From: Tubiluchus corallicola
Taxonomy: Eukaryota > Animalia > Priapulida
Length of the DNA stretch: 64,000 nucleotides
Direction of reading: 5' to 3'
Assembly (NCBI GenBank): GCA_030141605.1
Contig: JAQGDQ010000003.1
Coordinates: forward strand, 1,860,001-1,924,000
Position 1 is the stretch's first letter. Every line of letters starts with the position of its first letter. The notes beneath the pieces were generated by a model that ran no database searches, was not told the DNA's origin, and was given only the letters and a program-made list of their open reading frames with translations. A program made the translations under genes and the position numbers. Positions 42,101-56,000 of the stretch are shown in pieces.

Positions 42101-45100
42101 ATTGGCTGCTAGTGATCGCTATAAAGGACTGGCTTACTTTCTTACTAAATAGCAAGTGTACAGAGACCACCATTCTTATTTTTAAGCGTGATCGAGATTT
42201 CATTTTGAAAACACCCAGAACCGTAATTCTGCCGACATCTTGCAAACTTTTATGGTTGGCATCAACTAATTTCCACTGAGGTCGAACACTCTATCTTTGG
42301 GAAAGATCTGCTTTTCTATAGAGCACTATTTATTTTAACAGTAAAGTTAAAAATTATGACGTTGAAAGAATTATCTGCGCACTGTAGTTTATTTAGCTTT
42401 TGAGTGTTTGCTTTATATATGCATTATCTCATTGGTACAGCATTCTTAACCCTTTTGGCTGCCCAGCTGTCGCCACTGTTCTGACAGTGTACATGTGTAT
42501 TTTTGCTGTGAAATAAATTTAATTAATTGAAATTCACTTGGCAAGGGTTTCCTAAATTCTTTCCGTAAATGTCTCCTGTGACGTCACTTGGGCGCTACCT
42601 TTTTACTCGCATTAAACATTTTAATGGAATAAAAAACTATAAACTATAAAAATCCCAGCCAACAACTTAATTTACCATGATTTTTTCATGACTCACTTTT
42701 TTAATTCACAGTTAACAAGCAACAGCATCTGCCATTTCAGCCAGTGTATTACATTTACCATATTGTAATATAATATTATATTTAGAGTTTTATTTATTTA
42801 CTAGCAAAGGCCCCGCAAAAGATTTTGCGTAGAAAACCGCATATAATCAATGATACGCGAACATTCTACCTAGTCCTCATTTATAACACAAAGCCCGTAA
42901 CATCCTGCCTACTTACCTAACGCACAGCCTTGTAGCAGCCAGCTTTTTGCTGAATTAAAGCTATAAGCAATAATGGATGACGTCATAACAATGGCTTTGC
43001 GTCAGCAGTTTTCTAAGCGAAAATTGCCGAAAATGGAACCTCTAATTAACTCGCCAGTACTCCTCTCGGTGGACCTGCCCTAACATATAGCCCACATCAT
43101 CGTGTAGCCCCGTTCTTTCTCTTTCTAAAGAGCTATATATCTCCTTCCGAGAGTCCCACCAGGCGCCGCTAGAACGTTTTTTCCGCAGGCTGTTTGATCA
43201 AAATTTCGAAAAAAATCGCGAGTTGGGTCTGGGAAAACGCCCATTACGGGTCCGGGAAAACGCCCGAATTCTAAATAGGCCTATGACACCCATCGCTGAA
43301 CGGGCTATCTATCCATATCCAGCACCACCCTCGGCCCATTCCCGTTCTCTACATCTCAGCCGTATAACTTTTGCAAAAAACGGCCGAAAAATGGCCATTT
43401 TTGGAGGTTTTTCGCCCCCCCCCCGTTCGTCCCGGTGGGCCCGATTCGAAAAATAAACCATCAATGATACGACACTAGATCGAGACCTTTCGTTTGATGT
43501 ATAGATCGCCGCAAATGGTGCCCTCGTCGAAGCTGTAGCCTCGAATCTTATATATTAAGATACCAAGAATATTAATATAAGAGAATAGATTTTATAATGA
43601 TTTAAGGAGTTGGTGTCGTTGCATTTGTGAACACCTCGCTTAGCACTTATATTTTCACAGGTTTTGTTGGTGAGTTGGAAGCCAGCAGTGCTAAAGATAA
43701 AGCAGTCATCAAACAACTACAGGATATGTTAGATAAAACCAGAGACAAACTAGCTTGGTCTGAAGAACAGCTAAAATGTTTAAAGAGTCAAAACGAAGCA
43801 GACGTTGCACACTGGACTCAACAGATGAGTGTACTTGAACAGGTACTGGTATCTCAAATGTCTGCATTTAGACTTTTAAATGTATTAAGCACTGTTTGGT
43901 AAAATTTAATCCTTGATGCATTTACATTGTGTTAATTTAGGAAAATATTCTTCTTGTTACTTCTTGGAAGAGTATAAGCTAAATACAGACAGTTTCACAT
44001 CTTTCCGTATAAATGCCTGACCTTTTTTGATATGTAGATTAGGAGCTATGTATTATTTAATGTATGTGTTGGCAAAAAATTGCATTTACTGCTTCACATT
44101 GTCTTATTATTCATAAAAATGAGTTTATAAGTTTCACTTTTTGTATTTTTGATTACTGCTTAATTTTTGCTGGATTTTTTTATTAGTCTTTTATTTCTTT
44201 GGCGCTATCATGTATTGTTTTTTATGGTCTTTTAAATCTCTTCACATTGTAGTCAATTGATGATATGGCTAAACAAAAGGTAGCTCTCCTTGAATCGCAT
44301 TCCAATCAGTTAGACGAGTTACAGACCAGCAACGGGGACAAAATTAAACTTCTGCAAGAAGAAACGGAAAGGATGAAGAATGAACTGGAAGACAGACATT
44401 CACATGAACTGGAGGAATTGCAGAAACACTGGAACGATAAACTAAACAAACAGCGAGAGGTTGGTACTATAATGTTGTGTATATTAATTATAGGGTTAAG
44501 TTATGTGCCTGACTTATTTTTATGTTAAGTGGTGCGCGAGTAGATCTGTTGAACAGTTTGCTGATCTAAGAAAGATTATAAAGGTATCTAGATTAACCAA
44601 TCTTTTTCCTTGACTTCATGAGTTGCAACATTTTGTATGTGCTTTTAGTAATGCAGTTTTAACTTTGTTGTTAATTAGTTGCTCTTTGAATACCATATAA
44701 GGTGTTACCGCGCATTGCATGCATTTTATTAGTGAATTTTGACGGTAAGGACGATAATACATCATTGTTGCATGATAATTTCTCGATTGTTTATTACTTA
44801 AATATTTTGAACAGTTGCTGCGTCATAATAGGTTATTAGTACAGCAAAAAGATTTTAATACATACGATGAGGTACATACCCACAATTCATTAAAATTTGA
44901 AACCTATTTTGAGAAACAGTAAATGTGAAAAGTCGGAAAATAGACTGGTTTTTAACTGAGAACTTTCCTCTTCATCAGCCGTAACCGCTAGACTTCCATC
45001 CCTTCAATGGTTGGCCAGCTATAAGAGGTGAACAGAATAAACTAACGATTATTGCATTCGCCAGGTAAGTTGAAGGCCATTGGTTCAAATCCAGGTTGTA

Positions 45101-48100
45101 TTCCAACTTTTTCACATTTCTTGTTTTTGCAACCTAGCATACCTGTTTAAACTGGTTTTATTAAATGTTAAAATTTTTATTCGCAATAGAAAAATGATAA
45201 TTCAAGAATGCGGAACTGGCTTCACTATTATCTGTTTGTCTTGCTCTTTGGCAGGTCTGCTGAATACTATGCAATGTGCTGCATAATTAGATTTCTTACT
45301 AAATATTTTCACAGCAAATAAGTATTGTCTATTGTCTCCATTGAACTTTAACGGAGGACCGCTATTAAGTTTAACCATCATTTACTTTCACTTCTACATG
45401 TTCTGAAGTAAAACAATATATTTCTGAACAAACTTCAGTTTATTGTCTGTTGGCACACACAGTCTCCTACAGCAATCACCAAAATTAGATTTCGCATATG
45501 TATCTACCAATACTTGTAGTGTCACAGTCTATGTTGTTCCACTGATATGTGTTGTGTAACGCTATTTCCAAACAAGATTCTATTTCGTTGTCCGTAGGCT
45601 CACCCTCGTCCCAATTTGTGTACAAGATTGGTTTTTTACTACCCACCCATGACCATTTTCCAGCAGAATCTCTTCGACCACCTACCCAAAAAATGGCGCT
45701 CGAGTAGTGTTTGCTAAGCAAGTGTGCGTTGATGGCAAATTGTTTCTGTGATGACTCCAAACCGACTAAGAACCCACCTTTAGCCTCACAGCTGTTCTGC
45801 GCATCTGACCAAGTGACCATCCTGTCCGTGAACAAACGGATGCACCATTGACCATCAAGCAAAATAAAACCTCTTGACTCACAAGAAGCTATGTCTTGGG
45901 CATGATGAACGAGGGTTCTCATTTGCTCTAGTTCCGTATTCAATTTGCTGATCTCGACCAAGAGGTTCTGCACTATTGCACTTTGGTTTGGACTCGCACA
46001 GCTTTTGTTTACTGTTTCAATCTTTTTCTCCAAGTCCAAAATGTCGTCTTTTGTAGCCAGCTGGATTGGCACAATGTCAGTGTTTGCAGCAGCATAAACT
46101 ATACTTAGTGACATGGTGATAAAAGTGACATACATTAGCCTGATCATTTTTGCCTATGAGAGATAAAAAATGTTATCAGAATGCACGTAAAGATACTTGT
46201 ACCAGATGTAGGGTGCCAAATTAGAAAATTAAAAATACCGGACACTCTTAAACATCTCTCTCTATATTACTATATATATTAATTTATATATGCCTATACA
46301 CCCAGACCAATGTATTATATAAAAATTGAGACATAAGTTAAAAACATTAAGCAAGTATTTCGACGGATTATGAGGAAAACAAAAGTAAAATCATTTGAAA
46401 ATTATTTAATACAACGTAGAAAAAATTGTAAAAGTGAAGTGCTTTGAAAATATTTTTTTAATACAGACAACAGAGAAATATTATTATTATTTAATACAAG
46501 CAATATGGATAACTAAACGAATTCTGAGAAAGTGAAATCATTGCAAAATTTTTATTGAATAAAGACAATATAAAAATGTGAAGGAAAATAATTTTGAAAA
46601 TCATTTTTTAATGCAAACAAACAACAGAAAAGAAACTAAAAATTTATTTAGGCTGTAGAGCAAAACTGCAACTATAGCAACACTAGTTTCCTGGTTACAT
46701 TTGAGTTATTTTCTCAAGAGAATCTAAGAAAAGAATTTACTTAGTAAGTTACAGTTTAAACCATAAGAAAGTAGTAAAAATATATTTTTATTACGAAATT
46801 TAAAAATGTCCTAAATACAGGACATTTGGGTGACCCTGAAAGGTCAATATGGGAGAGGGACAAAATTGTCAAATATGGGATATGTCCTGTATTTCAGGGA
46901 CGTCCAGCAACCCTAATCAGACGTATTGTCTGGGTTATTGTAAATTCACTTTAAATAAATTAAGTTTAAACTAAACTAAAATATTATCATGTGCATAAAT
47001 GAAATAAGTGACAATTTTGGTTGTACAATATATAAATTAATTACTTTCTTTTGCAAATGACATAATTCTGCCTTATTTCTGTTTCATTTATGTTGCCCAA
47101 AAAGAACAAATTTGCCCTAAATAAATAGTTATAAAAATGGAACAGAGTACTTACATTTCTATAATCATGTACTGTTTAATAATGGCATTGATCGTGGTCT
47201 TCTATGTTGCAATACCTGAAGTTACAACCGGCACCATCAAATTAGAACACGAATCCTGTCTACAATATGACTTGCCAGTGAGAACAAGTTCAGTTTGTTT
47301 TCTTTGAATAACACTAGCTGTCTGGTGCTTTCCAGGCTATTTTAGTATTTAGCCATCCAGGCCACTTCCTGGGCCTTTCCCTAGATTTCGTGACCTAGCT
47401 AAATTACTTTCCATTTTTGCCTATCTAATTCACATAAATGGTAAAGGTTCATGGTTATTCCAAGTTTAATATTAGTGCTAGCTATCCAAAGTTCCAAGTC
47501 ACTTGTTTTTTTTATAAAATGCGTCTCCATTCTGGAAATTTCTCTCAACTTTTTGATTTTTTTTTCAAGCTCATTGATGAGTGGGAACATGTAAAGAATT
47601 GTAAGATGGAAAGTATGGATATTTGAGAATACAGTTTTCTTTACCTTCTTCCCATTCATTGACTTGTATTGCTGACTTCGCAATATTTTTATGCCTTTTA
47701 ACACCTTAAAGAAATTAATACAGTCATCGTTATAGGTGCTTATATTATTTAATAATTTAATAATATGCTTCCACCCACAATTTGGTCACTAAGTTTATAA
47801 TAATTTTTAGACATTTGTTTAGTGTGTTTACACTGCTCTGCTAATAAGTCTAGTGATGGTATGTGCGGTATGCATAACATGTCATGGTGGACGTTGTTCA
47901 CCTGAATCTCATACATCGGTTTTAACAAGCTAAATTCAATGTAAATACTTTTGAGTAGATCTTGTACTGCTGAATGAAACACACTCACTAAACCTATCAT
48001 CACCATATCCGCAGCAGGAGTCATCACTATCCTTGTAAGAAGTGCACATACGATGTAAGCACCATTATCACTTTTTATGATAATGTCATCGAGGCTTTTC

Positions 48101-50043
48101 TCTCATTCCAATTCCAATATTGTTATTGCTCAAAAAGCTCATAATTTGACAAATCTTCAGGAGCTTACGCGCAAACATGAGAGCATACTGAGAGATGAGC
48201 GTGAAGTTCTTGGCCTCGAGATTGATAATTTGAAGCTAGAAGCGTCTTTGAAGGAGCGTGGCTCCGAGGAGAAAGTGGCTCAACTGGAACGCCATCTAGA
48301 TGTGAGTATATAAATAATACCTGATAATATACATATCTTTCTTGTTTTCCCCATTCATTTTTATTTATTTTGTTCGGTAATTGATTAACAAGCTACAATT
48401 GTTTTGTTTGTTTTCATTCTTTTTTTATTTTGTTATTTTTTTATACGAGTCTTAGTACTTTCTTCTTATCCTTCTGAAGTCTAACAAATCTGAATGTGAA
48501 TAATATAAATATGATGCACCTATATTTTTATAGCCTGGTAACTATCACCCTCATCAGCAATGTATGTTCGACGTCTTGTAGCATCTTGTGTTCTGTACCA
48601 CTTCCACCTCTTATTCAGTGTTAATGTAAATCTTTGCATATTGCAAACTGCAAAATAATTTGTACGTTTTCCATCATGATGTAATAAAAGACTCCAAATT
48701 AGCATGAGCTTTGCTGCACTTTAGGCTATGGAAGCCCTGTTCCACAGTATGAAACCACAATAGGAGTTTATTTTTCACTCGATCCCTAATGACTGGCAAA
48801 CACTTATAACATGGTAGGAATTTAATGTGCTAGTTTTGTTTAACTCTTGTTGTCTTTTGCATGTTGTGTTTAGGTATAGCTGTAATTATATATAGTTCTA
48901 CTGTCTTTCATGGATAGTGCTTATAGAGTGACAATATAATACAGAATTGTGGTAGTACTAATAAGCTACACATGGCACACTTTTTCATGATAAAAATTTT
49001 ATTAAGTACTTTGTTCTGTGTAGTTTCATACTGAACATTATAAACGTTTTTTTTAATGTTTGTAGTGCTTAAAATGACATATATTAGTTGTTTAATGTGT
49101 GCGTAATGTGTGTACAGGTTCAAGTTGATCTTAAGCTAAGCAGAATTGCTATTTATCTGTTTTTTTCAAGTAATTCATAATTTCACACAATTATTATTGT
49201 TATTACCATTATTGTTGTTGTTATTATTATTTATTTTATGTCAGATATTTGAAGTTCTTGAAACATGAATAAAAGTAAGGCGCAAGTAAAAACGTACAGA
49301 GTTAGTTTACTGAAAACGCAGTAAACTGATTTACAAGGAAATGTTAGTTAGAATGGAAGTATAAGATTCTTTGCCACGACTTAAAAATATCTGATCTAAA
49401 AATTGTATCAGTGTTGTACAGCAAGTTGCTAATAACCTTATTCTGACCCAAAAACTGTCTACTTCAGAGACTGAATACAGCTTTTCTACGTATGCAGGAA
49501 AAGATAGGTACACTGTAGTTAACATACATTTGGCTTGTACTAAAGTGACTATGAAGATTAAAGAGTCCTCTAATGGCATTCTTTCAACTTTTCCTTTATT
49601 ATGATTAAACAGCTAACTGTTACAATAAAACTGTGTACAAAATACCACAAAAAGCCTTCTTTTAACATCAACAGAACATCTAAACCTCCTAATAATACAA
49701 TTAACATACTTATCAGCAGAGCCATTTAGAATCACGCTAGAGCACACGAGACTGGCATATCTTTTCAGAATACAATATAAGAATTTGCTTTTGTCGGAGT
49801 TATAATAAATATCACTTTCTAAGGCAAAATTTTCACATATATTGAGCAGATATTGCAACTGCAGAATAGAGGCTTTTGCTATTTTTCCAAATATATTTTT
49901 CAGCGATTCATGTTCAAATAAAATTTTGCTACAACAGCCTCCCAATTTCGATTTCTGTTCCGAAAATAATGATTGGCCGACACATTATATATCAGTATAT
50001 GTATGAATGTCCATACAAAAAAATATGTGAATACATATACTGG

Positions 50044-50088
<45 letters not shown>

Positions 50089-53000
50089 CAATTTCTGCTT
50101 ATTTTGGTCATGGAAAATCAATATTTGGTCAGGGAAAAGTCATGGAAAAGATGGTGAATTTATTTTAAAATTTTGTGGAAACCCTTGCAGTTCAAAGTTT
50201 CTTGCTTTATATCCTTTCCAAAAATTCTAATATAGCAGGAACAGAAATCCTGTTGTTAGGTTCCTTTAATTTTCATTGACTATTAAAAGTCTCTGAGGTG
50301 TTCATAAAGGTATTAAACTTAACAACCATTATCTGTTTACTTCTTTTTTTATGCTTCTTTAGCTAGAAGTCAGTGTTCATTTTGACCTTTGCATTCATTT
50401 CTAAATTGTGTATTTATTTTTGCTATTGCATTAATTACAGTTGTTTGCAGTAAAATTTTGTCATTGATTTTTCATGTGTTTTGATTTTCGTAAGTGGTGC
50501 TAAACAAATATTTAAAGATTTTTCTAATTTTACTCTATGTAGCAATTTTAAATTATAGTATAATAGTTGGAAAGCTTAAAAATAAGTTAATTAAGGGTCA
50601 GTTATTTTGAAAAAAGGGAAACAAACAAAAGTTATTAAAAATTAACATTTCCAATTGCATTTAATTGGTCTTTTATAACATATAACTAATAGTTATTTTA
50701 TTATAAGTTTAATAAGGAAGATTATATAAATTCATTGCCTTGAAGGAAATTGCGAAAATGCTGGAAAAGCTTTATAAACTGAAACTAAACTTTATTAAGT
50801 TCCACTAATAATAACTTTAAAGTTTAATTTTTTATTCACCTTTAATAGAATGATTTCATGTAGATTAGTGGAAATATATTTTGCACTAAAAACTGACAGA
50901 TTGCTAACAGATAAAATGCATTATTAATGTAATTATGTTGTAACTGTGTAGATTATATAGTGCATTTCATTGTTTTTTATGTAGCCTGATTTTATTTTAT
51001 TAGTATTAGCCTTTTCTGTTTGCGTTAGTTCATTTGCTTATTACAGCATAGGAATGAGGAGCTGCTTATTTCTATCGAAAATTTGCGTAATCGGAATAAA
51101 CGGCTGGAGGGGGAACAGGTAGTAATGAAAGAGCAGCTAGAGGCTTGCAGACAACAGTTAACGGAAGCGAGGCACAAGAACGACTTGTTACATGTAGGTG
51201 TATTATGAATTTTATCCATCTACATGTGTGCTACTGATGTAAGTTAAACGAAAATCGCTCCCCATTTTTCTTGTATAGATGTATTACCTTCAAACCCAGC
51301 AGCTTCTCACTCTGATACATGAGCTAAGTGTTGGATGAAATAGCAGTAGGGAAATTAATTTACAGAAAAAACAATGCTTTGTATTGCAGCAAACTTTATT
51401 TGTGTGCTTTGTTTTATTTTTAAATGACAAGCATTGCTTAACTGTATATACAATAATATTAAACCAGCAAAATTTTTTGTACGTTTTTAAGTTTCTTTAT
51501 ACTTAATTTTAAGTTTTATGTATAGGTTACTAATATAATAATTTAATTTCGTTTATTACTAAATGTTGTCAAATTAGTTGCATCACTTGTTTTAAGCACA
51601 TTTTAGGTTTTAAAAAGAAAACTAGGAAACACATAGTGTGTTAAACTAATTCATATTTGTTTATGTTGGTTTTATGTTTGCTGGTTAACTTTAGTACCCT
51701 GGCCTTTACTTTTTTTGCTATTGTTGTTTTTGATTTATTTGTTGTTGAAGGTAAGTAGTGTTTTAACAGACATAAACTTGCCCCTTGATCTTGCTAAATA
51801 TCATTGTAACTCTCTTACCCAGGAAGTTTTTCGTGCTATTTTCAAAACACTCAGGTTACTGATAATATCTTTATTTTTAGTGCCAGATCAAGACACTCAA
51901 GTCCAATCAAGAAAAGGAATTAGAAGAATATGAGCAAATGGTGGGACAGCGTTTGGATCAACAAAAACGAAACAATGACAGAGAATGGACAGAACGTACA
52001 AAGTATATTAAAACCTAGCATTTGTTAATAAAGCTAATAAGTTGTCAATGAAATGTTAAACCCGATGATATACAAACCTATAATTAATCAAATCGTGATA
52101 ACAAATCTGAAACACAGGAAATGTGGAAAAGTTGGAATACAGTCTGAATTTGAACCAGGGATCTTTTGTTTACAAGGCAGGTGTTTTAGATCATTATATT
52201 CCTAACCACCCTGTTACCTCATAGGAGGTCATCAAAATTCAGCAGCGTTAGGCTACTCTAGAGTGATTCTAATAATTAGATTAATTTTAGGTTCAAAATT
52301 AATCATAATAAAAAAAATTGTTTAAGTGGTTAAAATAACTAGTGGGAGTTGTCTAACATTGGAAATGCTGAATTTAGTTGGCCACCTATAAGGATGAGCT
52401 TTGGACTGCCTTGGTGGCCTAGCGATTATGACATTGCATTATAAGCAGAAGATTCCTGGTTCAAATCCAGGCTATTTTCCAATATTTTCACATTCCCTGT
52501 CTTTCAATTTGATTTAAAAATTTAATTAATTGTGAGTTTGTACGTCATTAATAATAATCTTGATATTAAGATTATAATAACTAAATGCTAAACCAATATA
52601 TTAAATGTTTCTATATAACTTGCATTTAAGCACTTTTGAATGACTCATGTGTTATGACAAATATTTTCCATTGAATGTAGAAAAGAATATGCAGTTTTGC
52701 ACCAGAAACTGACTCGAGCTTACCAGGAGGACCGTAAAGTAGCAATAGCAGTGTTTGAACAACAAAAGGAGCAGGAGGCAATCTCTCAAAGGCAAGAGTG
52801 GGAGGAAAAACATAACGCACTAACGAAAGAGGTGTGTGTATATAAATATAAGTTATTAGTTATCTGGTGATACCAGTGGCACCCTGTTTTTGCTTTTCTG
52901 ATTTACTGTCATTTCTTCAATCTTACTATGTGCGCAACATGCAATTATATTTCCATTTTTTTCCAACATTGCAGTGGTCAAGTAAATGCATGTGCAAATT

Positions 53001-56000
53001 ACTTGTGCATTTGAAATCGCTTCCATTGTATATAAAGGCCCTAATGTTTTTTGATATTTTTATAGCCATGTTATAATATAGTATAGGCTAATATGTAAAA
53101 AAACACATTCTTTAACTAGTTCACTCTGGAATTTCCATGTTCTTATTAACATATTTTAGCCAACAATTTCATATGGAGTACTATTAATGAAACTTCATTA
53201 CCTTCAATATACACTTTGGAGTTGTCAAATATACAACTTTTTTGGATTGTCATGTGAACGATTGCACTAATACTGTTTTTATAAAAGCTAAACTTATAGA
53301 TTTGAAATTTCTAACATATGGTTTTGTTTGCTTTAATGTTAACTTATGTGTTTGCATTTTTCTTGTATTAGTTACAAGACTTAAAGAAAGAATTAGAAGC
53401 GCAATCAAAAGAAGCCAATGAAAACTTGGAAGCTTTTCGAACACTGAAAGAGATTCAGTGTCAAGAACTTCATGATGAAGTGGAAAATACAAGAACAGAG
53501 TATGAGACTAAACTGAGGCAACTTGCCGAAGAACATCGTGTACAAATAGACAGATTAAAACTTTCCAAAGATAAAGAGGCCAAGGTAATATGTGCGCAGT
53601 GACTTGTCAACTTTGCTAAATGCATATTTAAATGCAGAGTTAACTAACTGGTATTTAACATTTGAACCAACAGTAAATCAGGAGCTCATAATTTATATTT
53701 AATTACTTTGTTCATGGTGAAAGTTTAATTTGGAAATATTTTATGTATGTTTCAAATTTTACAAGTTTTCTTTGCTTTGTTGTCAATGCTGAACCTAGAA
53801 TTGTATATAAAAGCCTAGAATTATATAATTGTATATGTATAGATAGTATTGACAAGGGCCTTTAACTTTTTTAGGAATTGGAAACTCGGTTGAGAGAAGA
53901 ATGCAACAAAGAAATTCAGTCACAGTTGTTAGCACATAAAAGTAATATGGACCTAGTTAGAACTCAAGCAGAACATGCTAGAAAGTCGGAGATTGAAATG
54001 TTTCGAAAAGCACAACTAAAAGAAACAGGTTTTTGATTTAAGACAATATATTTTTAACTGTCTAAGTACACATTCAGTTAATTGAAAATTAATACTAATT
54101 ACAACAGATTTACAAACTGATATGTTAGTCTGCAGTATTCATAGCAGCAAGTACAAAATTTGTTGCTATAATAATAGAGAATTCACGGCTATAATTATTA
54201 TTTTATATGTTTAGAAAAGCTGAAACGAGATGTTGAACATAAATATGTCAGTGAACTAGAACAGTGCCAAAAATCTCACAGCACAGAAATAACAAAATTG
54301 AAGTCTGAAATACAACTGCTGACAGACACATCTAATAAACAAGAATATGAGTATAAGGCTAAGGTAAGTAACCTGCCAAACAGATAAAGCAAGTAAGTTT
54401 TCTGTGTTATTCAAAGTTGTTTATAACTTTTCTTTGTCATTGTTTATCACAATCTTTAAATGTACACTTTATTTGCTGATTCATAGATGCCTAAAGAGAG
54501 AAAAAAGTATCCAAATAAAAAGAAAATTATAATTAGAAAACAATTAATCAAAACAAGCACAAAAGCAAAACGTAGTATTTAAAAGAGTGATTATGTTTTC
54601 TGCCGCTTCCCCTAGCTCCTTATACCACTCTAGTACTCTACTCAATGTATAAATAGTCGACATATTAAATTAAACCTTTTTAAATTATTAACTTACTATT
54701 ACAAATTAATCTACTCTACTTTTCTTGAACTTCTATTTTTGTGCTCAGTGTCTCTAGTGCACTTCTGGTATATGGTTTTTCACAATTCTTTATGGAACAA
54801 GCTAGTGATGATGCAAAAGCAGTGAATGAAAGACATGAACTGAAATAAGCTTCTACAAATTTTAATGGTTATCATATGTGACCCTGCATATACAAACCGT
54901 CCATTGTGTGCTAATTTAATTATGGAGCTAGACATCAAAAAAGTCAGAATAGTCTATTTTTATCAATTTTTGGATCTTGGTTTTTTCTATGCTGACTTTT
55001 ATTATCATGCTGTACTGTTATTTTTCCTAAAATATTAGTTTTTTTATTAGCAAAATTAATAAAAAATTAAACCCTTACCATTCCTAGTGCCAGGAAAACT
55101 GTCACAGTGCCCAGTTAACTTGCTGTATCTCTGCTTTCCGATCATGACTTTAAACATTTTTTTATTATGAAACTGGTGTTGGCTACCAGTGTCCTCTGTC
55201 AGATTACCTTATAAACTGCGGCTTTTTTGTAGAAATGCTGTAGAAAATGCTTAAACAGTACCTTAAATTTTGCTGTTTCAAGCTAGTCTGTCATTTTTAC
55301 CCAATAAAAATCGTAATATTGCAGATATATCATTTTTGCCCAGTGATAATTATAACGTCTCGCTACGTCATCGTCACGTGGCTTTGCGTGCAATGCAGTT
55401 CCCGTAACAACAAAGTCGAAACAAAAGTGTGAAGAACTTTAAACTTGTATTTAAAAGTGAACATAGATGGATTTGCCTCTGATTACATTGTTAAATTATA
55501 ATTGTTATTAGTTTAAAGTTTTTGTAGTAACAGCGATATGCGTTTTATAGATCAATTACAGTTTTTTTGGCATTCTTTTCAGTAATATATAGGTAAAACA
55601 TGTAGTTCTCTATGCAGGGTTCAAGTCTTTAACTGCTTTACGTCCAATGAGGCTATCACTGCAATTACTGTATTATCAAAATTTTGGTATGATCTTTCTG
55701 ACATTTTACAATGCATCAATCTCACATGGCCTTCTTTACCCTTTTGTGGTATTTTTACAAGTGTTACTTCTTTGTGAGCAGAAAGACTTCTTAGAAGTGC
55801 TAGAATAAAGCTCAGGGTTATAGGACTCATAAAAATAAGCCACCTCGAGACAGCTAGGTATGACATTTAAAATATTTCACTTATAGTAATAATAATAAAA
55901 AAATAAATAAAGAGTATCATACGAAAAATAAAATTGTTATACAAAACCTTGTCTTAAGTTTTTAGTAATTTTATCTGTATATTTTTTGTGATAATTTTTC

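Noticed and set aside
43223-43456. 77-aa GC-rich ORF
   Set aside because: Lies inside the Helitron, has a non-ATG start and no domain.
54874-55625. Possible TIR element (accctgcata ... tatgcagggt)
   Set aside because: Only a 10-bp inverted match and no clear TSD.
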